Shown here piece after piece: positions 36,138 to 49,833 of a DNA stretch of 64,000 nucleotides (its first letter is position 1; each line of letters begins with the position of its first letter). Origin of the DNA: Podarcis filfolensis (lineage: Eukaryota); the NCBI GenBank assembly GCA_964270895.1, contig OZ185436.1. One strand, given 5' to 3'. The translations under genes and the position numbers were made by a program. The notes beneath the pieces were generated by a model. That model saw nothing but the letters and a program-made list of their open reading frames with translations. It was not told the DNA's origin and did not search any database.

Positions 36138-37316
36138 TATTCTCTCCCCCCACCCCAGGTTAGCAATGGGCATTGCAAAGTACTTAACAGAATATAAATT
36201 TCTCAATGGAACATTTGTATGTGCAAATATCTTATTCTTGTAATTCCCACCACACCCCCACACACATATTACTGCTCATACTGATTTCATTGCTCATATT
36301 ACTGGTCATAATAAAAACCAAGAAGGCAAAATCAGTTTGAAAAGTCCAGAACATCAAGTATCTCACCTTTGAGTGGCTTAGGCTAGTCTTATATCCATTT
36401 ACTGGGAAGTATGCCCCACTGAACTCCATCATATTTAATCTCCAAGCAGGTAAGCATAGAATGCACAGTTAGAAAATTAAATTACACATGTGTTATATTT
36501 TTCTCATGAATCCTTAAGTCTTAAACTTTATGAGATGTTAAGAGAAGTTGGCAGGGGCGGAGGTTCACTTAGGTGAGCAGTTTCCAAAAAAAACATACCC
36601 CCAAAGAGAGTGCAAAATACCTACCAACTTTGTTTGGAATTCATCACATTAATGTAAATTGAATGCAGACTACAACAAATGTATGCAGAGCAGAAGTGAA
36701 AATTCAGTATTGCCCTTAGTGTCATTATACATTTTAGCCCAATACTGAGAGAAACCTATTTTAGCTCCCTGCTCTTGTTTCAAACTCCCATTTTCTAAAC
36801 TCACAGCTAATACTGTGCTCTTTAAAAACATTTACATTTTGTGAGTATATTGATAAAATTTTTAAGGATCTTAATCTACTGATCCATATAGCAAAGTGCT
36901 TTTGCTGACACTCAGCAAAATGCAATGTTGTGTATCTTACATTTTTCATTAGAGTCCTTTTGTTTTAACTTTGCTTGACAGTTTTATCAGTAGCAAATCA
37001 GTCTCATGCAGGTTTGTTCTGAAACAGGTCCCACTGTGTGTTCAGTGAGATTTACACCCAGTAGCAGCTTTAATCTCACGAATCTTTGATAGATAACTTT
37101 TGAACTGTGTTAGCTACCTTTCAGCCCCAGTTTAACCTGCTATCTTTCATTTAACTGGCCAGTGTTACAGATGTGTTGTATGAATGATACTTTGCTTTGC
37201 TAATTTCTGTTGAAACAAAGAAAGAAAAATTATAGTGACTACCAATAAGAGAAGGAGCCAAATGATAACCATACTCTTAATAATCTTGTGCTGTCTTCCC
37301 ACCTTCTTTGTTCTAG

Positions 37317-37508
37317 GTGCTATCCCTGGAGGTCTGAGTATTGGTCCTCCAGGAAAGTCCTCCATTGATGACTCTTATGGCCGGTATGATCTGATTCAAA
37401 ACAACGAGTCACCAGCTAGTCCTCCTGTAGCTGTTCCTCACAGCTGGTCACGTGCCAAATCTGATAGTGATAAAATCTCCAATGGCTCCAGTATCAACTG
37501 GCCACCAG
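37317..37508 (+). CDS. TNRC6C: Coding exon GAIPGGLSIGPPGKSS...NGSSINWPP (first half of PAM2)
   Basis: ttctag|GT acceptor and CCAG|gtaaca donor; 192 nt, phase 1-1. Confidence 0.95.
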
Positions 37509-37959
37509 GTAACAAAAAAAATGTGTATTCTAGCTTTTAGAGCTTGAAGGTATCTGAAATGTGATACAAACCCCTTTACTTGAGGCAATGCTTTCAGTAT
37601 CCAAATGTTAACATACTAGTTTCAGCTCATTCCAGCTGCAGTCTTCCGTAAGATGAAAGTATGAGCAACATTTTGCCATGCTATTGTTGGGCGAGGCATG
37701 CAGGCACATAAAATGTTTTATCCTGGTGTGAACTGGAATAAAACTTCCTACCTGCCTGATACTAGCACTGAATTTGGGCAACAAAATCCATCCATCCAAA
37801 CCTCCCTTATAAAATGTTTTTCTTATACTTTTTATCAAAATGCCCACTCCCTCACCAGAGAGTTGTGTACCTGGTTTCATCTTCTGCGCAACGGTACCTT
37901 TTCACACGCATGTGGATCTTGGTAAGAAATGTGATGTCATCTTATTTCCCCCCAAACAG

Positions 37960-38103
37960 AATTTCATCCTGGGGTACCATGGAAAGGATTGCAGAACATT
38001 GACCCTGAGAATGATCCTGACGTCACACCTGGAAGTGTTCCAACAGGGCCAACTATTAACACCACCATACAAGATGTTAATCGCTATCTACTCAAGAGTG
38101 GAG
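37960..38103 (+). CDS. TNRC6C: Coding exon [25 protein letters not shown]...LLKSG (second half of PAM2, PABPC1-binding)
   Basis: caaacag|AA acceptor and GGAG|gtagag donor; 144 nt, phase 1-1. Confidence 0.95.
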
Positions 38104-41100
38104 GTAGAGTAATATCCATGTGTCATGTTGCCTTTATTGTTTCCCTTCCTTTCTCTTCAACTTCTGTGTTTTTATAGTATACCCAAGTCTGAAAGCCATC
38201 TGTACTCATTACCAGAATTGACATAATTTGCAATTGTATTTGTTCCTTAAGCATTTAGTTTTTAAGCTATAAACAGCCTTGGATGGCTACAAGTTTAACC
38301 AGCAGAATAGCAGGGAACAGCCCTATGTAAACCTTTTCTGCTGGCTGCTTTCCCACCCAAAAAATCACTCCCTTCCAGCTGTTCTTTCAACTTGTGGGAA
38401 AGGCTGAGCCAGACAGGGGAATGACTAAGCTGCCCCTTCCTCTCTGCTTTCAATTCTCAACCTCCTAGTGCTGAATTTTATCTTATTTTTAAGACAAATA
38501 GAGAAAGATGCACATCACTAAATGTCATGTCTAGTTTTGGTCCTTACACTTATGCAACTCAAAACTGTGCCTGAATATCTACTGTATTTCATAATAGCTG
38601 TTTCTGCTTGAACATCTGCCTTGAGTTTTGATTTATTATGACTTTGACCTGTAAAGGTATCATTTGAAGACTTCATCATCATCTTTGAAATTTTAAGCCT
38701 GTACAAGTTTTAGTTTAGTGGACAAGTCTTACATGTTCATCAGAAGTTGCTATGTCACTCTTGAGCTTCAGTAAAGATTTCCTTTTTTCTGTACATTACA
38801 GCTGTGAAGTCATAATCCAGTTACAAGCAGCTGTCCTGTTAACAAGAAAGTGAATATCATAAATCTCATATGGGGTGTCATTTGTGATGAGAAAATGGGC
38901 TCACCCATCACTAAACCCAGAAGCAGGCAATATATATATATAAATAAAAATAGATGCCCTATATAGTGAATGTTCTTTGTCACATCTTTATCTGAGCTTC
39001 CTCAAACACCAGGCTATTGACTGTACTAACTGGAAAGTAGCAGAAACAAGCGCTGCATCTGAAGATGCCTAGCTTATATTGAAGTGACTTGTACTGCCCG
39101 GTAGAAGTCCAGTAGCAACAATACTAACGAATATAGTTGTGTTGGTAATTTACATTTAACAGGCCTCCCAGTTATAGATTGAGCGGCTTTACTCCCTATC
39201 TTCAAGGATGACTATGAATCAGTTTTGTCCTTAGAAGTTCTGTACATTTGGGTGTATTTTTCAGCTATGTTCTTGGATTTGTTGGCTGGAAAAAATAATT
39301 GTTTGTCTCCGTTACTCCATCTATGTACATTTTACATAGAAGTTAGACACATAAGAATAAGAGATTACAGTCAGTAGTAGACATTTGCATGTATGTATAA
39401 AGCTCTCTGCCTTTTGTTTCCTACATGTACTGTAATACCATTCTTCTCAACCCAGGCTGTAAATCATAAGGCCAGTGAACTTAGTGTATCTCCCTTTCCT
39501 GCCTGGTGGCATCCCTTTGGAATTTAAGGGAATTCAAAATAGCCATTATTTGTGGTTCTTTGCCTCATATTTGTGGGAGCCTTGAAAACCCATCAAAGAT
39601 GGGGGTGGGGTTGAAAGGATGCATGCACCACTACATTTGCATTGGACCTTTTCTCCCTAGATTCCAAGATGGAACTGGTGCCAGATTTTTCCAGCTTATT
39701 CACCCACCCAGCTGCACTGAATGACCCTTTTGCATTCTGTGAGTGCAGCTAGACATGATCTATGATTAGCTCTCCAGCTCCTTTTTAACAGTTTAATGGC
39801 AACTGTGGAGTGTGCAGAAGCAGAAAAATACAGGATTCGAAGAAAGAATAAAGTATGCTGTTCCCCAGTATAGAAAGAAAAGTGGTTAACAGAGAATGGG
39901 TTAAAGAAAATGCAGCATTAAAAATTTCAAGAAAAATGAGTTTCAGTTATTAACCATATGATGTAGTACTCTTGCATTAGTAAAAATATAAAAGTAGCCT
40001 TCAGTTTGACTGAACTCCAAACTATGATTATAAGTTGTACAGCCCTGTTCTAATGCATACCTTAATGCAGAAGCTATTCATCCCATACGCAAAGCTGTTT
40101 TCATACTGTAAAGTAGAAATTGATGTTGTAAAATATTATGGAAACCAGAAAAACTTATGGGAAATATTTATTTTGTATAATTCTGTGAACATTTATACAT
40201 GTGGACTCCTCAATAATGAAGTGGCCAGGTTCATGGTTCAGAAATCACATTCCAATCCTTCACCACCCCACTCCAAAAGAGTTATGATTCCCTTTTCTGT
40301 TTTAGAGCTTCCTCTAACCACAGTTTGCCATCAAAATTAGGCAAATTAGTACTAACTTCCAAGCATCATTTGACCCATAGTTTAAAGTGGATTTGCAAAC
40401 TGAATTGTCTCCGACCAATCTTTTGAAAGGAAAAGTGTGGGTAATAGAAGGACAGTAGATTGTTCTGGATGGGGAAACCAAGGTGATGAAAAGAACAGGA
40501 TATATTTGTACTGCACAGACTGTGAACAGTGAAGCCTTTTGTAGATGACAAGATTTTTCTAACATTTGAAGCATTCCTAAGACTCTCAGGGCTCAGCATC
40601 AGAATGCACATATAGAATCATGGAAACTTGTTTTGTTTATGTGTTGCTTCTTGGTTATTATATTGCACAGTGAAAAATTATCTGCAATTTTTGAATGCAA
40701 ATTTAATTTTAGTATGGTTGACATAATTCCTGTGACTTTGCAACTAGCTGAGGCACCCTGATGCCTATTTATCAGCACATCTTTGTATGCATACTTACTA
40801 CCATAATTTTATCTATCTTATACATGCTGCCTGGATGTTCAGGTTCTCTATTAGTAATACAAAAATACCCTGTACATTCAGTATTGAGTGTTGTTCTTTC
40901 AGCAGCTGGCATGAGCACAGCTGTGAATGCATTGCCAGAGATGTCTTCTTACAGTCATTAATGACTGCCTTCTGCTAGAGGTTGCGGACAAATCTTCATC
41001 CACAGCTGTTTCTGTATTACAGCTATTTGCCCTCAATGCAGATTGAATGTTCTGTCATGGCTTTTTGTCATGATCATTGACAGTTCCACTTTACCTGCAT

Positions 41101-41961
41101 CAAATCTAGGTCACTGTTCTTAGATTCACACCTTTTCCAGTTCATTTTCTCTCATTGTATATGAGGATAGAGGGCATCATACCTGCAATCTTCACACCAA
41201 TATAGATTGTCTGTGTTTGGACATAATGTTAAACCACAGTAAAATGTTATGGGAATGTGCCTCAATTTCCCTTGGACTTGGACTCACCCTCTTCCCCCTG
41301 TGATGCAAGCACAAGGAGATCATTTGAAAACTAGACTGTGGTTAGACGTAACTATGGTTAGTGAAAATAGGCCAGCTTCATAAATTATGGTTCAAAGTTG
41401 GCTTATTGTCACTAACCATAGTTAAGATGCACTGGTTTGGACATGGTAATTCCTCCTCACAACCATGTTGGAAGAGAAGTGGATAGAATGTAAGCCCACA
41501 GAAAGATTGGGCTTGTTCTCATATTGCTAAATTATGCTTTAGTTACTCTGAACCTACCCAGTGTCTTCAGTGCAAGATCTCTCTTCTCAGGCTTTTACTC
41601 TTTCACTGGTATATTTTTACCACAGTATCTGCATTGCTGCAACTTTGACTTACTTCAGCTGTAATGCCAAACCATGCTTTTTCATTAAATGAAAGAGCCT
41701 TAGGCTGACTTATTATTTCCTTTCCTCAGATGTTTCAGTTCTTGCCCACACTTCCTGGTTCTTAGCAAACACAGAACTAGAAACCATCATTTGATCTTGG
41801 TTTCTAGTTCTGGTTTGGATGCAAACCATGCTGAAATGGCAGACTATGCTTTGCTGAGAACTAGGAAGTATGGGAAGAAATCAGAATACATGAGGGAATG
41901 AATGAATGAATGAATGCACAAGCGTGTGAGGTTCATTCATGTGAGCTGAGCCATAGAGTTG

Positions 41962-42066
41962 TGTTCAGCTAAGTTTACTCATGGCAGACCCACTGAAATC
42001 AATGAACATGACTAAGTTAGGTCTAAGTTAAATGGGTCTACTCTGAGTAAAATTTAGGTGTATACC
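41962..42066. repeat. Old short palindromic squamate repeat (related copies at about 3015-3118, 22208-22260 and 36380-36460)
   Basis: agacccactgaaatcaatg...aaatgggtctactctgagta inverted arms are shared between the copies. Confidence 0.6.
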
Positions 42067-44166
42067 ACTTATAATCTTCTTACATTTATTGCCCCAGTGT
42101 AAGCATTCTGCTTCCAAGACTTTTAAAGTAATTTTAGTAATATTTTCCTTCATAATTTTCCATAGATCCAACTCCCCCCCCCTTATGTGCTAAGACAGGA
42201 TCACCACCATATATGGAGAACATATAATCAGGTTGATTTGCTGATTTCCTGGAAGCATGGGAACCATTCAAGTATATATATGCTCATGGGAACTAAAGCA
42301 CTGGTTTCATGCAACACTCACTGACTGCTCAACTGACTTCCTCATAGTCTGGGATGATGCAGTCCAAACGAGTGTGGGATGTACAAAATATTATGTAGCA
42401 TCATGCAGTTTCTTTGTGGGTTTTATACTGTTGGTTTTTCACTGGAGCATTGATCCTGGAGCAGAAGTTATCACACAACTTTGTGTTACAATTGGTTTTA
42501 GTATGTATAGTTATCTTGTTATGAAATACTTGTACAAAATAACGGCCAACCTTTTTCGAGACTCAGAAAGTAACATCAACTTTCCATTTTCTGAATTTAT
42601 ATACATTGGACATTATCTTCTTGTAGGGGTAGCAAATGTAGGCAAAAAGCTCAACTAGGCTCGGAAGAGATCTGCTTCCTCTCTGCACCCCCCCCCCAAA
42701 GCCTCACAGACATGCATGCAGGTGGTGTGATAGGATGTTAGACAGAAAGGAGCATCTCTGTACATCTCATACATGCTAGTCCAGTCTGTCCTCTGCCCAA
42801 TACAAGATACTTACGCTATGACCACAAGTAACTTGCAAGGCATGGAGAGAAGGGGCTGGATATGTGAGGCATGCACAGATGTCCCATCACAGTGCCTGCA
42901 TATTTTTCAGTGTTTGAGCAGGCAGAGAAAGAAAAACCAGGGAGCCTTATTAGAGTCCTCTGAATGTGGGTGCTGCAGCTGCACAGCATATGGATCGGCC
43001 CTATGTTATTACTGAAAATGCTGGATGCAAGAGCAAGACGTACTGCAGCAAACCAGTCACTGAAGAGTGATTCTCTTATTTAAAAAACCATTCACATATA
43101 CATCTAGTCTTCACAACAATATAGCAAGGTACCTCAAGCAGAGGATATATTCACACAACACAATCTACCATAGACAAGTTCAATGTGGGATCCTTAAGCC
43201 TTTAAGATGAATGGCTGATGTTTGCTCCACCACATCTGAAAACTTGGATAGTCCCTTAATTTATTAGAATAGAGTTGTTGTCCACTTGTATAGTAATGCT
43301 AATGTTAGATTGGATTTGATTATTTGGGCTTTCCCCCTTGAGATTCTTCCTTCATATATAAGTTACCCATACCAACAAGATGCCATGTGTGTAAGTCATG
43401 TTTAGCCTTTCTGACTATATAAATAACTTCTGAAGTAATTTGTGTGCCTCTGTCTAAGAAGCATTACAACAGAATTTATAATTCCAGGTGGCTTCTAGCA
43501 ACTTGACCACCCTATTGGTTTTCAACAGTCTGAATGTGGCAGTTGCACAGTGGCTGCAGAGCACTAGACCTGACACTCGGCTCCCAGGGCAGATCTGTGG
43601 AGGCATTTGGTCCTGCAGCTCTGGCCTTGGCCTGTGATGTGACTTATTTTGCTGAGGCTTGTGGGAACATCCTATGCCACAAAGCTGGAGGGGGTGGGAT
43701 TGGCTGGCGACAGTTGCAGGGATTCTCGAAGGCAAGTGGGGCCGAGATGAGCACATCTGTCTGACCTGCCTTGCACAGAATGATGCTTTTAACTTTCTGA
43801 CACATGGGTCACCACAACTGATATAGCTGCATTTTCATAAACATTTTTCATCTACGATTCATGTATCCTGGATACGGTGGCAATGAATGTCACCTTCTTG
43901 GAAATAACAGTTTAAGGAGAGTTAGAATGTATCCTTCTGCATGGGCACAACTACCCTTGTCACTGTGCCACCCTTTTTTGTACTTAGTTCTGCTGCATCG
44001 GATCATGCTTCCTATAACATTTCATTCCTAGACTTCAAAGGCAAGGCTGGGTTAGCATCTTACCTTGCATGGTTTCTGTTTGCACATGACGGTGTTAGAA
44101 TTGCATATGCTACAGTAGACACCATTCTGCCCATCTTTCTTAGTTGCTTCTTTGCTGGTTCTGCAG

Positions 44167-44283
44167 GGTCATCCCCAACATCATCTCAGAATGCCACGCT
44201 GCCTTCATCGAGTGCCTGGCCACTTAGTGCCTCCGGCTACAGTAGCTCTTTCAGCAGCATTGCATCCGCACCTAGCATTGCAG
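44167..44283 (+). CDS. TNRC6C: Symmetric (phase 1-1) 117-nt cassette exon GSSPTSSQNATLPSSSAWPLSASGYSSSFSSIASAPSIA
   Basis: ttctgcag|GG acceptor and GCAG|gtacga donor. Skipping it preserves the frame. It matches the insert of the longer human isoform as I recall it. Confidence 0.88.
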
Positions 44284-46502
44284 GTACGACCAATGGTCTT
44301 TCTACTTAGAGTCCCTCTTTATCCACAAAGAGAGGAGGTTCTTGAAAGGCTTCTGCTCAATGTGGTAATGATGGTCCTATAGGTGTGCCGCATGTCTTTT
44401 GCATACTGTGCTCCTTCAGTCCAGTAACTGTCCTGAGAGTTTGGCAGTGATGAATATGTAACGGGGATGTTTGGCACTGAAAATACTTCAAAATGAGAAA
44501 CATAAATTAGATAGAGTGCCAACGCCTTGGTGCATATTGGACTAAATTCTGTTCATGGAACCAGGAAAGCTTTTGACCGTCATTCAAACTAGCTTATACT
44601 GTTTCATCAACAGAAGTTGTGGAATAAAGAGCATAGCTTGTCTGATGTTGTGTTTCTCATTTCCTGGAAATAAGTTGATCAATACAACCAAAGTCTTTCG
44701 CTTCTCCTTGTTCTCCCTTCCCTTCCCAACTTTGCCTACCCATCTCAGCAAATGTCTTGATGAAGCAGAAAGTGGGCAGTGTGGTCACTGTCAACATATA
44801 TGTGGCTGAAATTCCATTGCATTATTTCTAACACATACCCAGCAATTTTCAAGATTCTGTCAGCAATCTTGCTTTGTTCAGCCACCCTGGGGCCAATAGG
44901 TGCAAGTGGACTCAATTGGGAAAAGGGGGTCAGGGTGGGGGGCAGCAACAAATTGTGTCCTTATTGCTCATCTCTAAATTCTCAAGTGGCCTTCTTGATC
45001 GTGCCCTTTTCAATATGATGCATCTTATTACAAAATGAACACCTGTGCTTGTATTGTAAAGGTAAGATTTTTTTCCAAACAATAAATAGCTTGCCTTATT
45101 CGGGGCCAGCCTAAACTTTTGCCAAATTGAAGCAAAAAGCCCTACTGTCTTGGTCCTGTGACTTCCTCTTTGACCTGGGGAAGGGGTGAACAAAACAGGC
45201 CATAAAAGGTTTTTTGGCAATGCTTAGCCTGGTTTTCTTCCCAGCGCCATAGATAGGAAAAGGTGATGAGCTTGATCCCTTCATGTTGTAGGAGTTCATG
45301 GGAAAGCCCAGCTTCTCCTCCTCCTCCTCTCCTCTCTTTTCTCTTCATTTCAAAAGGAATAGGGTCGTTTCTGTGCACATGTTTTGTTCCTACCTGGAGA
45401 CAGGGGCTAGGTCAGCAAAGTGGAGGGTAACTTGTGCCTTATCTCACATTGCCCATGAACCAGGAAGGAAGCAGTCAGTGCGGCTTTTAATCACTCTGGA
45501 AGGAATTGTGCCATGCACCCCCACATTGCATATCACACACTAGAAGGGGTGGGGCACAATGCTTTTACTGCGAGAACAGGTGCTTGCTGCTTGCTTTTTT
45601 CCTGAGCAGTGCTGAGGAGTTTGTATATGCAAACTTTCTCAAGTTACCCTTGTCACTGCCACCTAATTTCCCCCCAGAGACGTGGGGCTTCAGCCTGCAG
45701 ATACTGCCAGGCCTACCCTAACTAGAATCAAAATGCCAGCAATGTTGCAGTTATAAATTTATGCATTTTAATTGATTGGCCAAAATAAGACACTTAACAT
45801 CTAGCAGATAGGCAATTTTTGAGAGCCTTGATCAAAATGTTAATATGTTGACATGATACTGTTTTATTTTGGTCTCCAGACTGAAGACTGTGAGGGTATT
45901 GGGTTTCCCACTGCTGAAAATGGAAAGGAATGCTGAACTCCTTTTCAGCCAGCAACTGGACAGCCCATGGATCTGATGTTTTTTTTACTGTAGCCCAAAA
46001 CCTCAAAAATATTTTGAACATTTATTTTTCCTGCTTTTGAGTTACATGGTCTTCTTAAAGTACTATGGCCCCCTTGATGTAAACAATATGTAACCTACCA
46101 CCAAAGCAGGATGCAAGCCTAGATAGTCCAAATGATAATTCCAGTAACTGTGAATTTCTTAATGGACAGTTTAAGCTGAAATCTGTAAGTAATAGGGAAA
46201 GCTCAGCTGTTTTTCTTTACTAAGCCCACACTGCCTGAAGTCCTGAGAAACTTGTGTACAGCTGGAATCTTATACTCTATTTCAGATCTCCCCTCTCCAC
46301 GGGCTTGCTTTGGGAACCATATGGGGCAAACAACGCAGAATAGACACCAAAAACGGCTACCTGAGCACAGGTCTGCATGAATGTAAATGATCTTGGTGGA
46401 TTGTGGAAACTTTTTCTGCAGCTCACCAATGTCATTTACATTCATGCAGACCTGTGCTCAGGTAGCCATGCTTTTGGTTTCTTATATTTATGTACCCTTT
46501 AA

Positions 46503-46717
46503 GGGTTGTATCCAACCAAGTTCTTCTTTCAGCTCAAGGGCTTTTGTCTATGCAGTGGAATATCTTCTTCCCATGTGCCGCTCCCCCCAAATCTGTTCTG
46601 GGAGTTCCCCCAACCCTCCTGACCAGATGACAGGCATGGGGACAAGAGAGGGAGAGGAAATCCCATTGCACAGGCAGAAGTCCTGCATTAAAAGGACAGC
46701 CTCAGTGGATACAATCT
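46503..46717. mobile_element. PIF/Harbinger-type MITE (215 bp), TAA TSD
   Basis: TAA|gggttgtatcca...tggatacaatct|TAA. Confidence 0.82.
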
Positions 46718-48490
46718 TAAATCTTCAGCTCTTTAGTTTAAGCAGTAAAGTGTGTATTTTAAAAGATTACCTGTTAACAATTCTTTAAAAGGAAATAAAA
46801 CAAGTTTACTTACCCTTAATTTTAATTTTTATGCACTGCTCCTTCATGTAGCTTTTCTCCTTCTACTATTTTTACTTATCATTTATCTACTTCAACCATT
46901 TATATACTGCTTAACAACGTACGTCTCTGGTGAATTGTGCACTGACCATGTGAGAACCAGTGACATAATGGTAAAACTGTTTTCTTTTTAAAAAAATGAA
47001 GATTCAACATTGAATATTACTTTTAAATCAGACTCATATGGTTTGTAAGACCATTTTTGCAGCATTTAACATTTTTATCCTTTGAGTTCATCTTGTTGAA
47101 AAAATTGTATCTAGAAGGAGAACCAACTTGACTGCAGGTGAATTCACACACATCACAGCTGTACAGTTTGCACACAACATAAGGACTAGGTCCTGGTTCT
47201 CTCCCCCCCTTTTTTTTTAAGGAAGGCCACACAAGTTTGAGGTTCACATTGGGACAAGGCTGTGTGTTTAAGTTACACTCTCACAACACAGGGCATACTC
47301 CGTGGTAAATGTGTTTAGTACTGCATGTGTGAATCAGCTTCCTCTCTTTATATACATGTGAAAATATTTTAAGGCTGGGAAGTTATCTTGCATTTTTCTT
47401 ACTGACCTCTAAGTACATCATTTATATGACTGATGCTTAATAATGTGCATTTCTTTGCTTTCGTTGAACACATCCCATTCATTTCTGGTAGTGATGATTA
47501 AAAGGAATCAGAAAGGGATATGTGATTGTAGGAATAAATGTGTCATGAGGGGTCCTTGTGGAAACATTTCAGATTAATATAGGAGGAGATAACAAGATGA
47601 GGAATTCCCTTCTCTCTTCCACTCCCTCCTCAGAAAGAAGGAGAGAAAGGTGCTTCTCTCATTTCTGGGATGGCAGTTGAGAGGTCAACTCTCTCCCCTC
47701 TGAGAGCCAAAGTAACAGCTGCCAAGGTACAAGAATGCCAATGATAGTGTAGATTCAGTAATACACTATGACTAAAGGATGCAGAAGGAGCAAGATCTCC
47801 CTGTCTCTTGCATCCTTCACTCCCATCATCCTTTCCCCACAGATAATAGGAGAGGAAACAGTTAACATATTGTTAAGCAAGAAACAGCCTGATGTGGTTT
47901 CTTACTGCTTTCAGGCTATCTAGAAACAGTTGGAGAGCACCCAGGGTAATTGCTGGGCAATAACTTAAGATGTCAGCAATTCTCTTCCTCCTGTGGATAG
48001 AGAAGGAGGAGGAGGAAGAGGAGAAGGCATGAAATATGGTGATGGGGCAATGGGGCTTGTCAGCAGATCATTTTTGGAACTAGCAGGGGACTTGATCCAC
48101 CATAACCTCTAGCATACCCAGAAACAAACATGACAGTTCCTCCAGTTCAAGAAGAAGAAAAAAAGACTAATGTTATGTGCTTAGTGATTTAAAACCTGTA
48201 AGTAACTTGTTTTATTCAGAAGTCAGATTAATTTCCGATCTTACAGTTTGGACTCTGGAAGCAGTTGCTAATGGGACTTTTGTCCAAACCAGGAGGAACA
48301 AATCTGGGATCTTTAAAGGGTGTGGATTAATTATGCAGATATATTAGCAAGAGAAGCTCTGCCAGTGATGATCAATGTTTGCTATAGTGCTTATTATGTT
48401 GGTGTAAAGATGAGAACAGAACCCTGGGGATCACTCAGTGTCCCTATACTACATTCTAACAAATACATGAATTGCATTTCTCTGTTGCAG

Positions 48491-48685
48491 GTAAACTGTC
48501 AGACATCAAATCAACGTGGTCCTCTGGCCCAATTTCTCACACACAAGCCTCTCTGTCCCATGAACTGTGGAAGGTGCCCAGAAACACTACTGCTCCTACA
48601 AGACCACCTCCAGGCTTAACAAACACCAAGCCATCGTCTACTTGGGGTGCCAGCCCACTGGGTTGGACCAGCTCTTACTCCTCTG
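48491..48685 (+). CDS. TNRC6C: Coding exon GKLSDIKSTWSSGPISHTQASLSHELWKVP...WTSSYSS (M2 region)
   Basis: gttgcag|GT acceptor and TCTG|gtattc donor; 195 nt, phase 1-1. Confidence 0.94.
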
Positions 48686-49747
48686 GTATTCCTGACTCCT
48701 GTCTTTTTTCCTTTCCTTTCCTTGGTTTTTTTTGGGGGGGGGCGGGCAACACCACAACTTTTTTGGTCTTATCCCCTCTCTGTGTTCAGGTTTTTTAATG
48801 TAGCAAATCTGTAGGCCTCAAAGGGTGAGTGGAATGCACTCATTTGCTGGATTATTCCTGAGATGGAAAATTTGTGCAACCAGTCAGACGTGACAGTTCT
48901 CCCCAGAAAGTACTTTTCTCAGTAATTTCCTCTGTGGCAGGTGCATTTCTATGTGCTATTAGCAGTTGTGCTTTCAGTAATTCAGGATAAAAGCCATTGA
49001 AGACTTACTGGGGAATAAGCTCAGCCGAGCTTCCCCCAAGCCTGCAAACCCCTCTCTCTTCCACATGAATGATAAGATCCACACTCAGATAATGAGTTTG
49101 CTGTTGGTGTCCATGATTATATCATTTGGTATGTAAGTTCATACCTATTTACCAAATCACTACAAGTTACTGAAAGTGGTATTGATCCAGCTTTCTCTCT
49201 CCACTCCCCCATATTTTTGTGGAGAAAATAATGCACAATTGTACTGCATATGCTAAGCAGAATTTTGTAAAACGAGGCATGTTACCCCATAAGGCAAAAA
49301 CAGGCTACAAGAGAGTCTTGTTGAAACCTCAGACTGTAATGTAAGCAAGGGCTATGCAGTTAAAGGCAAGAGGGACTTAGGTTGTTTGTGCTGCAAATGG
49401 GACATAACTATCTTAGGCTTCTGGAAGTCATGGAAAAGCAGAAATGAGATCAACATTTTGATGAATGATTGCACCTATTTTGCCACTGTTTTCCTACTGC
49501 ACAGTCCTAATGGGAACCATGTTGATCTCCATGATAACTGATGCTACTGCAAAATTGATTGGAGGATCAGCACAAGTGGCACAGCTTGCTATAGCACAAA
49601 ACAGCTATATTCGGAGATTTCAAAGATTCAGGCAAGCCGTGATTGGGATGAGCAATTGGCTAGGAAGAAAGTTGAGTGGAAAGGGGACAGAAGTCCTGGA
49701 TACTTGCTGAGTGGAGAGGGATCTTACCCTCAAGTCCTGCTCGCCAA

Positions 49748-49833
49748 TTTCCACAGGAATCTGCTTGGGTACTGTGAGAACAGGATGCTGGACTAGATGG
49801 GCCCTTGGCCTGATTAAGCAGTCTTTTCTTATG
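49748..49833 (+). mobile_element. CR1-type 3' tail remnant (CR1 or a CR1-tailed SINE)
   Basis: ctgtgagaacaggatgctggactagatgggcccttggcctgat...ttcttatg. Confidence 0.7.

Noticed and set aside
42257-42658. 133-aa hydrophobic ORF
   Set aside because: No recognisable motif. Its composition is what T-rich intron sequence produces, and nothing supports expression.
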